Under the pieces are notes generated by a model, which saw only the letters and a list, made by a program, of their open reading frames with translations, made no database searches and was not told where the DNA came from. A stretch of 63,336 nucleotides of DNA, counting the filler, from Folioceros fuciformis (Eukaryota): assembly GCA_049999805.1 (NCBI GenBank). It is 16 parts of 16 records of this genome, joined end to end, with 100 filler letters (N's around TTAATTAATTAA, not from the genome) between each part and the next. Parts side by side here need not be neighbours in the genome. Positions count along the whole stretch, not along the records: positions 22,587 to 28,510 come from JBNGIO010000743.1; positions 28,611 to 31,269 come from JBNGIO010000744.1; positions 31,370 to 37,410 come from JBNGIO010000746.1; 13 more parts are not named here. The stretch is one strand, 5' to 3'. Below, in pieces: positions 24,771 to 35,662 of this stretch. Every line of letters starts with the position of its first letter. The first letter of the stretch is position 1. Position numbers and translations under genes: made by a program.

Positions 24771-25023
24771 TTAAAGGTTAGATTAGGATCGAGCAAGAGA
24801 AAGATTAGAAGAAGAGATTATTTGCATTAGGCCGTGGGCCTTAAAAAAGCGTGGAGACGACCGTTGGAGTGGTGTCCCGTGAACGGTGTCGGTTAGATTT
24901 TTAGGTCGCGACTATTAGGGGCACCGATACGAATCTAGCGATTTGTATTAGCCACTATTTGAGTTTGGCCTAATTAATTAAATAACTTAAATAACCTAAA
25001 ATGCTGGATACCCTAATTCTATA
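24771..25023 (-). mobile_element. 3' LTR of the copia at 25419-28510; PPT near 25024-25032
   Basis: Minus strand reads AAGTGGGAG|TATAGAATT; interrupts the RNase H of the previous element. Confidence 0.7.
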
Positions 25024-25105
25024 CTCCCACTTAGCCAGTATTTTGTTGGGTCACGCTTCTCGGCGCTTCGCCGCCTTCACAAAACCTTGCTTGCAATTTT
25101 GAGAG

Positions 25106-25228
25106 ATGGCGGCGACCAGGAATTTGGTGGCGGCCGCTCGCCTGCTGATGGTGATGGCACACCTGGTGATGGCGCCGCGCGCTGTATTGTGGCTGCGATT
25201 TTACAGAAGACGGCAGGCAGGTGATTAG
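25106..25228 (+). CDS. 40-aa antisense hydrophobic micropeptide with an RRR patch
   Basis: MAATRNLVAAARLLMVMAHLVMAPRAVLWLRFYRRRQAGD*; starts about 74 nt inside the PPT. Confidence 0.4.
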   Translation: MAATRNLVAAARLLMVMAHLVMAPRAVLWLRFYRRRQAGD

Positions 25229-25418
25229 AAATGTGAGTTTGCTGGTTGATCTTGCTGTCCGCTGGCTGTCCATGCGTTTAGGCCCGTCCTGACTGGCTGT
25301 TGTTGCTGGCGCAGGACCTTGGTGGAGATGCGCCACAAAGAAGCCTACCAGGAAGACCAAGTCTTGTGATGCTGCTGTAGCTGCAGGTTGTGTACTAGCT
25401 AGGTGGGTGATGCTGCAT

Positions 25419-28400
25419 TTAGGTGTCCGGGTCTTCCACTAACCCCATGGCTTCAGCAAATCTATCGTGCTTGTCCTGGGGAAGTGATTTTGTGAGTAAG
25501 TCTGCTATATTATCGTGCGTAGACACATACTGCAATGAAGCCTGACCTTCAGCCACCACCTGCCTGATAAAGTGGTGCTTAATTTCAATGTGCTTGGTCC
25601 TAGAATGAAGAACCGGATTCTGGGCTAGTGCAATAGCCGACTGATTGTCGCTCAACAGTAAGGTAGGTGTTGACTGTGCTTCTCCTAGTGAATCCAGCAG
25701 TTCTCTTCCATGCAGTATGTCTTGAGCTGCTGTTGTTGCAGCTATGTACTCGGCCTCGGTGGATGAGAGGGCCACAACTGGTTGCTTTTTGCTGTGCCAT
25801 GAGACAATGGTGGCTTGTCTCTCATCCTCCCCTAGCATTAGACAGTTAGCAGAGATGGAGCGTCTGCTGTCAATATCTGACGCCCAGTCTGCGTCACAGA
25901 AGCATGTTAGGCTGAGTGGCTTTGGATGTTGTCTGTAGAGCAGTCCTTTCCTTGGTGTACCACTTAGATATCTCATGCATCTTTGTACTGCTGCCCAATG
26001 AGCTGAACCATAGCTGGTGAGAAATTGTGAAGTGACCCCAACTGCGTGAGAGAGCTCCGGCCTTGTCCAGCTCCGGAAATATATCAGCACTCCCACTGCA
26101 GGTCTGTACGGAGTCTTTTCCATTTGTATTCATTCTTGTTCAGTTTTAGGTGATTGCTCACTTGATAATTTTTCTCCCACTGCCATGGGTGTAGCTGCAG
26201 GGGATGCATTTTGAAGTCTAAACCGAGCTAAGACTTGATGCACGAAATGGGCTTGATGAATAAAGACAGTATGTTTGGACAGGTTCTGCTGAATCTGAAC
26301 ACCTAGGAAGAATTTAAGTTGACCTAGATCTGTCATAGCAAATTCAGAGGTCAAGATAGCCTTTACTTTTGACATTAGTTCTGGGCTGCTTGCGATGATC
26401 ACAGCATCATCGACATACAAGGCTAGAAAGCAGATTCCATTACTGTCTTGCAGTTTGTAAACATTAGAGTCAGCACTACTCTGGACGAAGGCTGACTGCT
26501 TAAGGTAAGCATCTATTCTTTTAAACCATGCTCTGGGTGATTGTTTAAGACCATAGATGGTTTTTAACAACTTACAAACTTTGTTTGGGTGATTTTTATC
26601 TACATACCCTTTAGGTTGGCGCATGTAGATAGTCTCCTTTAAAGTGCCATTCAAGAATGCGGTCTTCACATCCATGTGATGCATGGCATAGTCATGTTGT
26701 GCAGCAACCGCCAGTAGGGTCCGCACAGATGTTGCTCGTACAACAGGTGAGAATGTTTCAGTATAGTCCAGACCTGCTACCTGGCTGTAGCCTCGTGCAA
26801 CCAAGCGTGCTTTGTATCTAGCAATTGAACCATCTGAGTTTAGTTTCTTTTTAAACACCCATTTGCATGTGACCGCTTTGCGTCCGGGAGGAAAGTCCTC
26901 CAACACCCAAGTTTTATTATCAATAACTGACTGGTACTCGGGCTGAATTGCAGCAGTCCACTTCTCCTTGTCTACTGAATTGATTGCCTCCTGATATGAT
27001 TGAGGTTCTTCCAGGTCTAGTGGTTCATTCCCATCTTGCACTAGAAATGACTGGTAGGTCAAAGGTGGTTCCTTCCAGTCAGCTGGAGATGATGTGTGCC
27101 TCCGAGAGCTTTGTCTTGGAGCTGCTACCTCTTCAGGTTTAGGTATATTGTCATGCAGTCCCTCTATTCCAGAGTTATCTTCCTCAGATGACTCCCTAAT
27201 TTCAGTGTCTACTGCAAGTGTGTCAGTTGGAAATCCGACATAGTCATCATCCAGGAAGTCTAAGGGTTCCTCTTCTGTGTTACTATCAGACTGCTGTAGG
27301 GTAGAACTTGTCTGGTTCTGGTTAGCTGGAACGTAAGGGTGAACAACTGAAGTCTGATTTACTAGAAAGGAAGGAGGACTGTCTGACTGACTTGTAACGC
27401 CTTCATGGTCATCATCAAGGTCAGGTTAGGGTACAGCAGAATTCAGGAGTAGCTGCTCATTAAATACCACACTGCGTGCATGTGTTGTTCTAGTAGAGGG
27501 ATCAAACAGCTTATAGCCCTTTATACCTTCTGTATAGCCAATAAAGATGTACTTTCGGGCTTTGTAATCTAACTTAACCCTTTGCTGTTCTGACAGGTGT
27601 GCATAAGCTGGAGACCCAAATATTCTCAAGTGGTTAATTCGGGGCCTATGTTTTGTCCATCTCTAGAAGGGAGTGGCACCCGAGAATGCACTAGTGGGTA
27701 CTCTATTTCTGACATAGACTGCAGTTGCTATGGCTTCTGCCCAGTAATCACGGGAAAGACCAGACAGCTTTAGCATAGACTTAGCAGATTCCTGAAGATG
27801 CTTATTACTCAACTCTGCTAGAGGATTTTGCGAGGAAGTATAGGGTACGGTGAGTTGCCTGATTATCCCCAGCTCCTTGCAATAATCCTTGAAGGCATTT
27901 GAAGTGAACTCACCCCCGTTGTCGCTGCGCAGGGCAATCAGAGTTTCTCCAGTCTACCGTTGTGCATATGGTACATACTCCTGAAAACAACCCAAGGTCT
28001 GGCTTTTCTCCTTGATCAGGTATACCACAGCATATCTACTCCAGTCATCCAAGAATGTAAGAAAACAAAGTGCTCCTCCTAGGGAAGCTGTAGACATAGG
28101 GCCGCACAGGTCAGTGTGGACCAGCTCAAGTGCCTTGGTGGCCCGAGTAGGATTCACATCCTTGTATGGCAGCCGATGGTGTTTGCCAAACACACACGGC
28201 TCGCAGAACTATCTTTCTGCAAACTGAAGCACAAATGGCTCTCTATAAAGGTTGGTGCTGGCCACCATTGCCTTTAGCTTGTCAAAGTTTACATGGGCAA
28301 GTCTGCAGTGCCACAACATAACTGCCTCCCTCCTTTTGGTTTCACGGCTGGCATTGGCGTGTGCTTGTGCAGGTTTGAGACCAAACTTGGAGGAAATGTT

Positions 28401-28510
28401 CAGCTGATACAGGTCATGGAAAGGTGCACCTGTGGCTAAGACTTTATTTTTATGTTGGGGATCTGTAACAGTGCATTGCAGACCTCTAAAAGAGACATCC
28501 AGGGTGTTAT
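25419..28510 (-). pseudogene. pol: Copia pol (pre-integrase, INT, RT, RH)
   Basis: VHTDLCG, LRSDNGGEF, YVDD, DADWA, RTKHIEIKHH. Confidence 0.95.
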
Positions 28511-28610
28511 NNNNNNNNNNNNNNNNNNNNNNNNNNNNNNNNNNNNNNNNNNNNTTAATTAATTAANNNNNNNNNNNNNNNNNNNNNNNNNNNNNNNNNN
28601 NNNNNNNNNN

Positions 28611-29993
28611 GCGGCCGCAACCCCTGCCTCTAGCTCTAGCTAGGGCATGGCCTCCACAGCCGTTCATGCCAGCCAAGCAATCAGCCAGCTTATCGTCACA
28701 CCCTGACATACCCAGATACTTGTTCCTATGTTCAAACCATTATTATATTATTATATTATTATATTATTAAATTATTATATTATATTATTATTATTTAATC
28801 ATTTAAATAATATTAAACTAATCACCCAACCCTATGGCCCGGTACCGAACCTAAACCTTCCCAGGTCTGGGACCAAACCTATACCCACTCTTATAACCAA
28901 ACCAACTATTTCATGGTCAATTAACTTAATTAGCACAAGGAAAATTAGGAAAAATAAGTTGAAAAAGAAAACCAAACCATACCACTATTAACCCTGTTTC
29001 AACCAAAACAAACTACTACCCCAAACTTTGGAGGTTCACACAGGGGTAGGCTAAGGTTAGGGTTCTTGGTTGGGATGAAGTTTAGGTCAGACCTAGGTCA
29101 GGTTGAGGTCATACCTAGGTCAGGTTTAGGTTAGACCTAGGTAAGGTTTATGTCAGACCTAGGTTAGGGTTAGGTCAAACCTAGGTTAGGTTTAGGTCAG
29201 AACCGGATGTAGGATGGTTTAAGTCAGAGAGAGAGATGAGGTTTAAGGGTACAAGAGGAGAGGCCGGCCATTGAGAGGGGGCGGTCTACGGTGTGATGTC
29301 CCCAGACCTTGTGTGCGGGACTCCTGGCTTAGGGCGCTGAGCCGGTTGAGACCGAACCGAGGTCCTGATTCCCCTTGCCACTAGGGGAACGTGGAGATCC
29401 CAAGACTGCCAAAGATCTGTGTAGCCGAATCCGCAAGGGCTGAATGATTTGCAGGCTGGCTGAAGTAAAGGAACAGGACCGTGAGCTGGAGGGCTATCCA
29501 GTCCTAGTGTCCACACTATGCTTGGAGGCTGTAGGGAGTGAAGCCATTGTGTCCCAATTTCCAGGGGGCGTCTGAAGAAAAGAGAGGAGGAGTTGGAGTG
29601 AAATGCATAGAAGTGAAGAGTGAGCTGCTGAAGTGCAGGAGTGTGTGTTGAAGTGGAGGGTGGAGGACTGAAGTGAAGAGGAAGGGACTAAAGTGGGGAT
29701 CTTGAAGAGCTGAGGTGAAGGAGAAAGTGGTTGAAGTGGGAATCATGAAGAGCTGAAGGGCTGAAGAATAGGAGTGTGAGTTGGGCGAGCTGACTTAGGG
29801 GGTAGGCTAAGCCTCTAGCCTTTTTGTTGTGAGTGTATGGACAGGCCTATAGACCCGATGATAGGTAGAAGTGTGATAGGTAGCGTTCCTTGGCACTAGT
29901 TCACTCCCTTGGGAGCGAACCATAAGACTGCAACGACAATAGGGGAATGTGTGGTCCCTTGGGTGGTTCTTGGGTGCAAGAAATCACTCCACA
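28611..29993 (-). mobile_element. TGTGG-family element 5' portion, nested in another TGTGG LTR
   Basis: Minus strand starts TGTGGAGTGATTTCTTGCACCC at 29993; 28611-28900 matches 63030-63330 inverted. Confidence 0.7.
29080..29200. repeat. 22-bp tandem repeat, about 5.5 units
   Basis: GTTTAGGTCAGACCTAGGTCAG variants. Confidence 0.85.
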
Positions 29994-30357
29994 TATGGAG
30001 TAGAGGAGTTGAGGGAGTTGAGTTGAGAAGGGAAGGCTGGTTTGGGAGAATTAGATCAAGGAGAAGAAGAGACGAGAGCAAGAGAGGAAGTGTTGGACTG
30101 GCCACAAGGAAGTAACCGGGGAAGAGAGTGAGGAACGTGGGTATCCTACCGGAGTGAGTCACTGACAGCAGAGGCGTGGTTGGGAGGCAGGAGGTGTATT
30201 CCAACTCGCGAGGGTCGTGGTAGAAGAGGGGTACGAGTGGAGTCGTTCACACACAACTGGGGCAGGCCCTCCTTCGAGGGAACGAAACCTGCTAGACTAC
30301 ACAACAGCAGGATAGGTGTGGCCGCTAAAGGGAAGCCCCCAGGGTTTTTCCACCACA
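29994..30357 (-). mobile_element. TGTGG-family LTR 5' portion
   Basis: TGTGGTGGAAAAACCCTGGG...CTTTAGCGGCCACAC. Confidence 0.75.
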
Positions 30358-30829
30358 GATACCATCATACATAGAAGACCATTGTCTTCCATACATCCGT
30401 ACTTTGACATGTTCATAATTATTTTTTTCATTTTCAAGAACGATCGTGGTAATTTCTGAAGCACACTACAATTACGTATGAAGCTTACCTTGTGTCTGTA
30501 CGTCATTAATGTAGCCTAGTTCTTGTGCTAGTACATACTTGGGGTATTGTTAAAATATGTCCACCTCCTACCCCCATGTGACATGTGAGTTACACACTTG
30601 CAACAGGCATGCAACACATGAGCACTACATCAAATTCAATGTTGGCTAGTGATGTATCTGTGTAGCACTTCCAAAACAAGGGTGCAACACAAGCAATCTA
30701 CATTGGTATACTCATGTTGCAACATTGCAACACACCTACAACTCAACTATCCTGAGCGATATTCCACTCCACTTTGTGTTACACCTCTCCCCCCCTAAAC
30801 ACAAAAATGTAGCTACAAATGTAACACGA

Positions 30830-31120
30830 CCAAGGCAATCCTAGTAGTGTTTCCAAGGACATCGTCAGAAAAGGTATATGAGCTAACGCGTTTTGTGTGA
30901 AAGCAAGGAGAGACTTTGAAGATGATGTACAGGAGGCTAGGAAAGTTGGTGGAAAACACCAAAATCCTTAGTGGGAAGCAGGCTTTGGAAGTGTACTTGA
31001 ACAACATTCCAGGGAAGCTGCGGAACAAAGTGACCACGCAATTGTGGGGAACATTTGGGCTAACATAAACTCTTATCGCTGGAACCCTAAATTGAACACA
31101 ATGGGGCCATGAACACAATG
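30830..31120 (+). pseudogene. gag: Gypsy gag fragment
   Basis: FPRTSSEKVYELTRFV*KQGETLKMMYRRL aligns to FPSKTPEKIAELAAFARKKGETVKMAFR of 41858-42274. Confidence 0.7.
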
Positions 31121-31171
31121 GAGGACAACAAAGTGTGGGAGCCTAAAGGAATGCTCTTATTCATTTGGGGG

Positions 31172-31269
31172 TGTGGAGTGAAACTTGCACCCAAGAACCA
31201 CCAAGGGGCCACACTTCCCCTTATTATCGTTGCAGTCTTATGATTCGCTCCCAAGGGAGTGAACTAATG
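31172..31269 (+). mobile_element. TGTGG-family LTR start, cut by a gap
   Basis: TGTGGAGTGAAACTTGCACCC...GGCCACAC...TTCGCTCCCAAGGGAGTGAA. Confidence 0.7.
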
Positions 31270-31747
31270 NNNNNNNNNNNNNNNNNNNNNNNNNNNNNNN
31301 NNNNNNNNNNNNNTTAATTAATTAANNNNNNNNNNNNNNNNNNNNNNNNNNNNNNNNNNNNNNNNNNNNATCCGAAGCTTTTGTGCTCACTCTGTCAGCA
31401 CCTTTCGCTCACCGTCCCACGACTGGCCATGGCTCTAAGGAGCAGATAACAAGTTCCATAACCAAAAAAAAAAAGGCTTAAATATAATTTTCCTTCTACC
31501 ACCACCATCGTAGGCTTGTCGGGGATAACTGATGTCTTGCATCAGTATGCCAAGGGGCTCAAACCCGTGCACGCGGCATCCAGACACACTATACTCTCAA
31601 CCCACTGGAACATCCACCTTGGCTCAACACGGTCAGGCGCTCTCTCCCTCCCAGCCCATCCACTCGCGGTCAGGAATGTTTCCTATTGCACCAGCACTTT
31701 CACCTCCACGAACTAATGGGCCCTGGCTACTTCTGCATTAGATACTC

Positions 31748-34700
31748 TCACGGTCGACCCTTACAACTGCAAAAACCATCTGCGAATCGATGAACACGGT
31801 ACCCATCTCTTACAACAATGTCCCTCTGTTCAAGCCTTGACATGATCTCCGTAGAACTGTGACAGTCACTGCACATGCGGAGATTCTTTGTCACCACCAG
31901 AGGTGTCCCGCATTGAGTGTTCAGCAGGCCAAACGCCAGAGCCAGTTTCTCAGCATGCCCACAAAGCATGTCTTCCTTATCCTTCTCAGACCCTGAAGAC
32001 TCCAACACCAATTTTGTGTGAGGTACGTGGCCTCCTTGCTTCAGACGCACATTCGTGCTCTGTACCTTTGATGCAATCTCCTCTCTTCTTTCTCCCACCA
32101 CAAACGTATGTACCTCCGTCTTCACCTCAATGCTCGCTACTGCAGGTTTCTTGTTAGCTCCGGCTACCCTTCTCTGTGCTTCAATCCTGTCTACATCGCT
32201 CCACCTCCCTGCATCTGCGTAGGCATTTGCCATGAGCACATACGCAGACGCCTCCTGAGGGTGCAGCCCAACAATGCTTTCGAAACACCACATGGCTCTC
32301 TCGATATCCCCGTGGGTTTTGCAAGCATTCAGGAAAGACATAAAGCCCACAACATTATTTTGGATATCGCATGATAAGAGGACGTTCTCAGCCTCATCTA
32401 AATGCCCTGCACGCCCAAGAAGATCAATCAAGCAATTGTAGTGCTCAGTGGTAGGTTTGATGCCATATTCTTCAGCCATGGAATCAAAGAGCTTGCGACC
32501 CTCAAGCACCAGTCCCTCGTGACTGCATGCTACTAGGAGGCAAGTGAAAGTAGCCTCATCCGGCTGGATACCGGCAACTAGCATCTCCTCGAAACACGCT
32601 AGTGCTTTGTTACCTTCATCACATGCACCATATCCAAATATCAGCGCGTTCCATGTCACCACATCCTTTAACGCCAAGCTGTTAAAAACCTGACGTGCAG
32701 CCACGAGTCTCCCACATTTTGCATACATGTCCACCAGGCAGTTGCCCAATACGATATTATCCAGCAGTCCTCTTCTCACAATCTCTAAATGCAGCTGCCT
32801 GCCCTTCTCTATGGCTCCAATGCTCCCACAGGCGTTGAGAAGGGAAGCAAAAGTAACGTGGTTAGCTATTATCAGGCCCTCCTCCTCCATTCGTCCATAC
32901 AAAACAAGGCAGTCATTCCCAAGCCCTTGCTGGGCATACCCCGTAATCATCGCAGTCCATGTCACCACATTCTTCGTGGTCATGCCGTCAAAAACCCGGC
33001 GTGCATCTGTCAGTTGGCCACATTTCGCATACATGTCAACCAGGCAGTTGCCCAACACTACGTTGTCCAGCAGCCCTCTTTCGACAATCTGTGAGTGCAG
33101 CTGCTTGCCCTTCTGTAAGGCACCAGTGCTTGCACAGGCTTTAAGAAGGCAAGCAAACGTAACATCATTAGCCAAAACGAGCCCCTCTTGCTCCATTTGT
33201 CCATACACAGCAAGCGCCTCTTGGCCGTGTCCTTGCTGTGCATACCCAGCTATCAGGGCATTCCATGTCACCACATCCTTTGTGGCCAAGCTGTCAAACA
33301 ACAGACGTGCAACTTTCAGTTCGCCACATTTAGCATACATGCCCAAAAGGCAGTTGCCCACCAGCAAGTTATCCAGCAGTCCTCTTTCTACAATCAGTGA
33401 GTGCAGCTGCCTGCCCTTATGCAAGGCCCCAGCACTTGCACAGGCCTTGAGAAGGGAAGCAAAAGTGACATGGTCTGCCACAATCAAGCCCTCCTGTTCC
33501 ATTTCTTCATATAAAACAAGGGCCTCATGCCCCAGCCCCGTGTCGGCATATGCAGCAATCAGGACATTCCAGGTCACCACATCCTTTGTGGCTAAGCTGT
33601 GGAAAACCTGGCATGCATCTGGCAGTTCCCCGCATCTTGCATACATGTCTACCAGGCATGTCCCCACCGGTGCTCTATCCAGCATTCTTCGTTCGACAAT
33701 CAGGGAGTGCAGCTGCCTGCCCTTCTGTATAGCACCAGTGCGTGCACAGGCCTTGAGAAGGCAAGCAAATGTAATATGATTGGCGAGAGTAAGCCCATCC
33801 TGCTCCATTTGTTCGTACACAGCAAGAGCTTCATGCCCGAGCTCTTGCTCAGCATACCCTGCTATCAGGGCATTCCATGTCACCACATTCTTTGTGCTCA
33901 TGCTGTCAAAAACCTGGCGTGCATCTTTCATTTCACCACATTTGGCATGTCCAGATATCATGGCATTCCACGTCACCACATCCTTTTTGGCCATTCTGTC
34001 GAAAACCTGGCGTGCAGCTTTTACTTCTCCACATTTTGAATACATGTCCACCAGGCAGTTTCCAACAAATACGTTAGTTGGAATGTCACTGTGCAGCACA
34101 TCGTAGTGCACTTTTCTGCCAGATTCCAAGTCGGAAGCAAATGCGCAAGCTTGAAGCGCAGCCACAAAGACGTGACCATTCGGCTTCACTCCTGACCTAC
34201 GCATCTCATGGTAGAGTTGTATGGCCTCCTTAGCTTGCCCATGCTTTGCGTGTGCAGAGATCATGGAACACCACATGAAGGCATCTGGTCTGCGCACCCT
34301 GGTGAACACATCCATAGCCTCCTCTAGTCGACCTCCATATGCATACATGCGCAAGATATGGCTCCCCACGCATGCAATCGAATCGTACCCAAGTTTAACA
34401 CTGAGATCATGAACTCGTCTCCCAGCGACCAAATCCTTTTTCGCTGTACACAGCTTTAGCACAGTGCAGAACAGTGAGTGAGAAATAGCTGAGCGAGTCT
34501 GCGCCAGAAATTCCAGGGCTCCAACTGCCGAGGAAAGCTTGCCCTGCTGGCATAACATGCTCACGGTTCCAGCCTCTAAATGGCCCATTTCCGATCCTGC
34601 ACGCCTGCCAGGCTCAGGATTCTCCGGATAGCTGGACTTGAAACGAGAGGGAGCACGGCCCATCTGTACATCCAAGGAAACGAGCCGCTCATCAACCCAA

Positions 34701-35356
34701 GCTGGTTTGAACATATTGTTTAACCACAGGACCTCACCAGGCCCCTTACGCTGGAAGTCGGGCGACCGCAAACTCTTCTTACGTCGTCTGTCATCCCACC
34801 ACACGGTAGGGTCGAGAAAGAATTGTCGCCACAGGTGCTCCTGCTCTTGGGAACTCCCATAGCTGGAGAATCCGCTCCCACCCACACATTTTCCCGGAAA
34901 TGTAAGTGCTGGGCTCCTTTCAGGAGTGCTGCACATTGACCCCATCAAGGATCCTTCGTGGCTGCCAGGTTCAGGCATGAAGGGCTTGGAAGCAAAGGCG
35001 CCACGAGGTGAATGCATATCCAAGGAAACCAGCTGCTCATCAACCCAATCTGGCTTGAACAGATTGTCTGACCAAAGGACCTCGCCGGACCCTTTACGCC
35101 GAAAGAGAGGCGGACGGCCGCATCTGTTGTTCCACCACCTGATAGGTTCCACAAAAAGTTGTTGCCTCAAGTGATTCTGCCCCTGGCTTCGCGCATGATG
35201 GGTGGAAAGTCCGTCCCCACCCACAAATTTTCCCCGAAGCGGAAGTGCTGGTCTCTTGGTAGTGCTGCAACTGCAACTGCACCTGCACCTAGGTGCACGC
35301 GGGGGCGAGGTGGCTTGCCACACGGTGAGACTATCTGACCCGGGAAAGAACGACTC
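31748..35356 (-). CDS. PLS-class PPR-E1-E2-DYW:KP (GRP-type) organellar RNA-editing factor with two N-terminal PDF-like motifs; main exon
   Basis: About 21 P/L/S motifs, E1, E2, KPAVASIEV, HAEKLA, CSDCH, CSCKGRP*; uninterrupted frame of about 1200 codons; true start unresolved, TTTTAG acceptor at 35357. Confidence 0.96.
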   Translation of the reverse strand, partial: ESFFPGSDSLTVWQATSPPRAPRCRCSCSCSTTKRPALPLRGKFVGGDGLSTHHARSQGQNHLRQQLFVEPIRWWNNRCGRPPLFRRKGSGEVLWSDNLFKPDWVDEQLVSLDMHSPRGAFASKPFMPEPGSHEGSLMGSMCSTPERSPALTFPGKCVGGSGFSSYGSSQEQEHLWRQFFLDPTVWWDDRRRKKSLRSPDFQRKGPGEVLWLNNMFKPAWVDERLVSLDVQMGRAPSRFKSSYPENPEPGRRAGSEMGHLEAGTVSMLCQQGKLSSAVGALEFLAQTRSAISHSLFCTVLKLCTAKKDLVAGRRVHDLSVKLGYDSIACVGSHILRMYAYGGRLEEAMDVFTRVRRPDAFMWCSMISAHAKHGQAKEAIQLYHEMRRSGVKPNGHVFVAALQACAFASDLESGRKVHYDVLHSDIPTNVFVGNCLVDMYSKCGEVKAARQVFDRMAKKDVVTWNAMISGHAKCGEMKDARQVFDSMSTKNVVTWNALIAGYAEQELGHEALAVYEQMEQDGLTLANHITFACLLKACARTGAIQKGRQLHSLIVERRMLDRAPVGTCLVDMYARCGELPDACQVFHSLATKDVVTWNVLIAAYADTGLGHEALVLYEEMEQEGLIVADHVTFASLLKACASAGALHKGRQLHSLIVERGLLDNLLVGNCLLGMYAKCGELKVARLLFDSLATKDVVTWNALIAGYAQQGHGQEALAVYGQMEQEGLVLANDVTFACLLKACASTGALQKGKQLHSQIVERGLLDNVVLGNCLVDMYAKCGQLTDARRVFDGMTTKNVVTWTAMITGYAQQGLGNDCLVLYGRMEEEGLIIANHVTFASLLNACGSIGAIEKGRQLHLEIVRRGLLDNIVLGNCLVDMYAKCGRLVAARQVFNSLALKDVVTWNALIFGYGACDEGNKALACFEEMLVAGIQPDEATFTCLLVACSHEGLVLEGRKLFDSMAEEYGIKPTTEHYNCLIDLLGRAGHLDEAENVLLSCDIQNNVVGFMSFLNACKTHGDIERAMWCFESIVGLHPQEASAYVLMANAYADAGRWSDVDRIEAQRRVAGANKKPAVASIEVKTEVHTFVVGERREEIASKVQSTNVRLKQGGHVPHTKLVLESSGSEKDKEDMLCGHAEKLALAFGLLNTQCGTPLVVTKNLRMCSDCHSSTEIMSRLEQRDIVVRDGYRVHRFADGFCSCKGRP

Positions 35357-35446
35357 CTAAAACTCGTCAAGTTATTAATGCAAGCAAGTGTGCAGTCGTG
35401 GGGTCCACCATCCTGACACCGGTAGCCGGTGGAGCCAGCATGCCCT

Positions 35447-35662
35447 CGGAGGAGTGTGGCATGCACAAAGTCATTACCTCATACATGCACAGCCAACTCA
35501 CATCGGTGGAGTGTGGCATGCACATAGTCATTATCTCATACATGCACAGCCAACTCACATACGCTCGTGTATGCCGGGGTAGAGACAACTCACATGCGCC
35601 CGTCTATGCCGGGGTCGAAACAACTCACATATGCCCGTGTATGCCGGGCTCGAAACTCACAT
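35447..35662. repeat. Tandem repeats (57-bp x2, about 35-bp x3) upstream of the PPR exon
   Basis: AACTCACAT at 35495, 35552, 35587, 35622, 35654. Confidence 0.85.

Noticed and set aside
32727-34106. Long plus-strand ORFs opposite the PPR gene
   Set aside because: Antisense shadows of a repetitive coding frame
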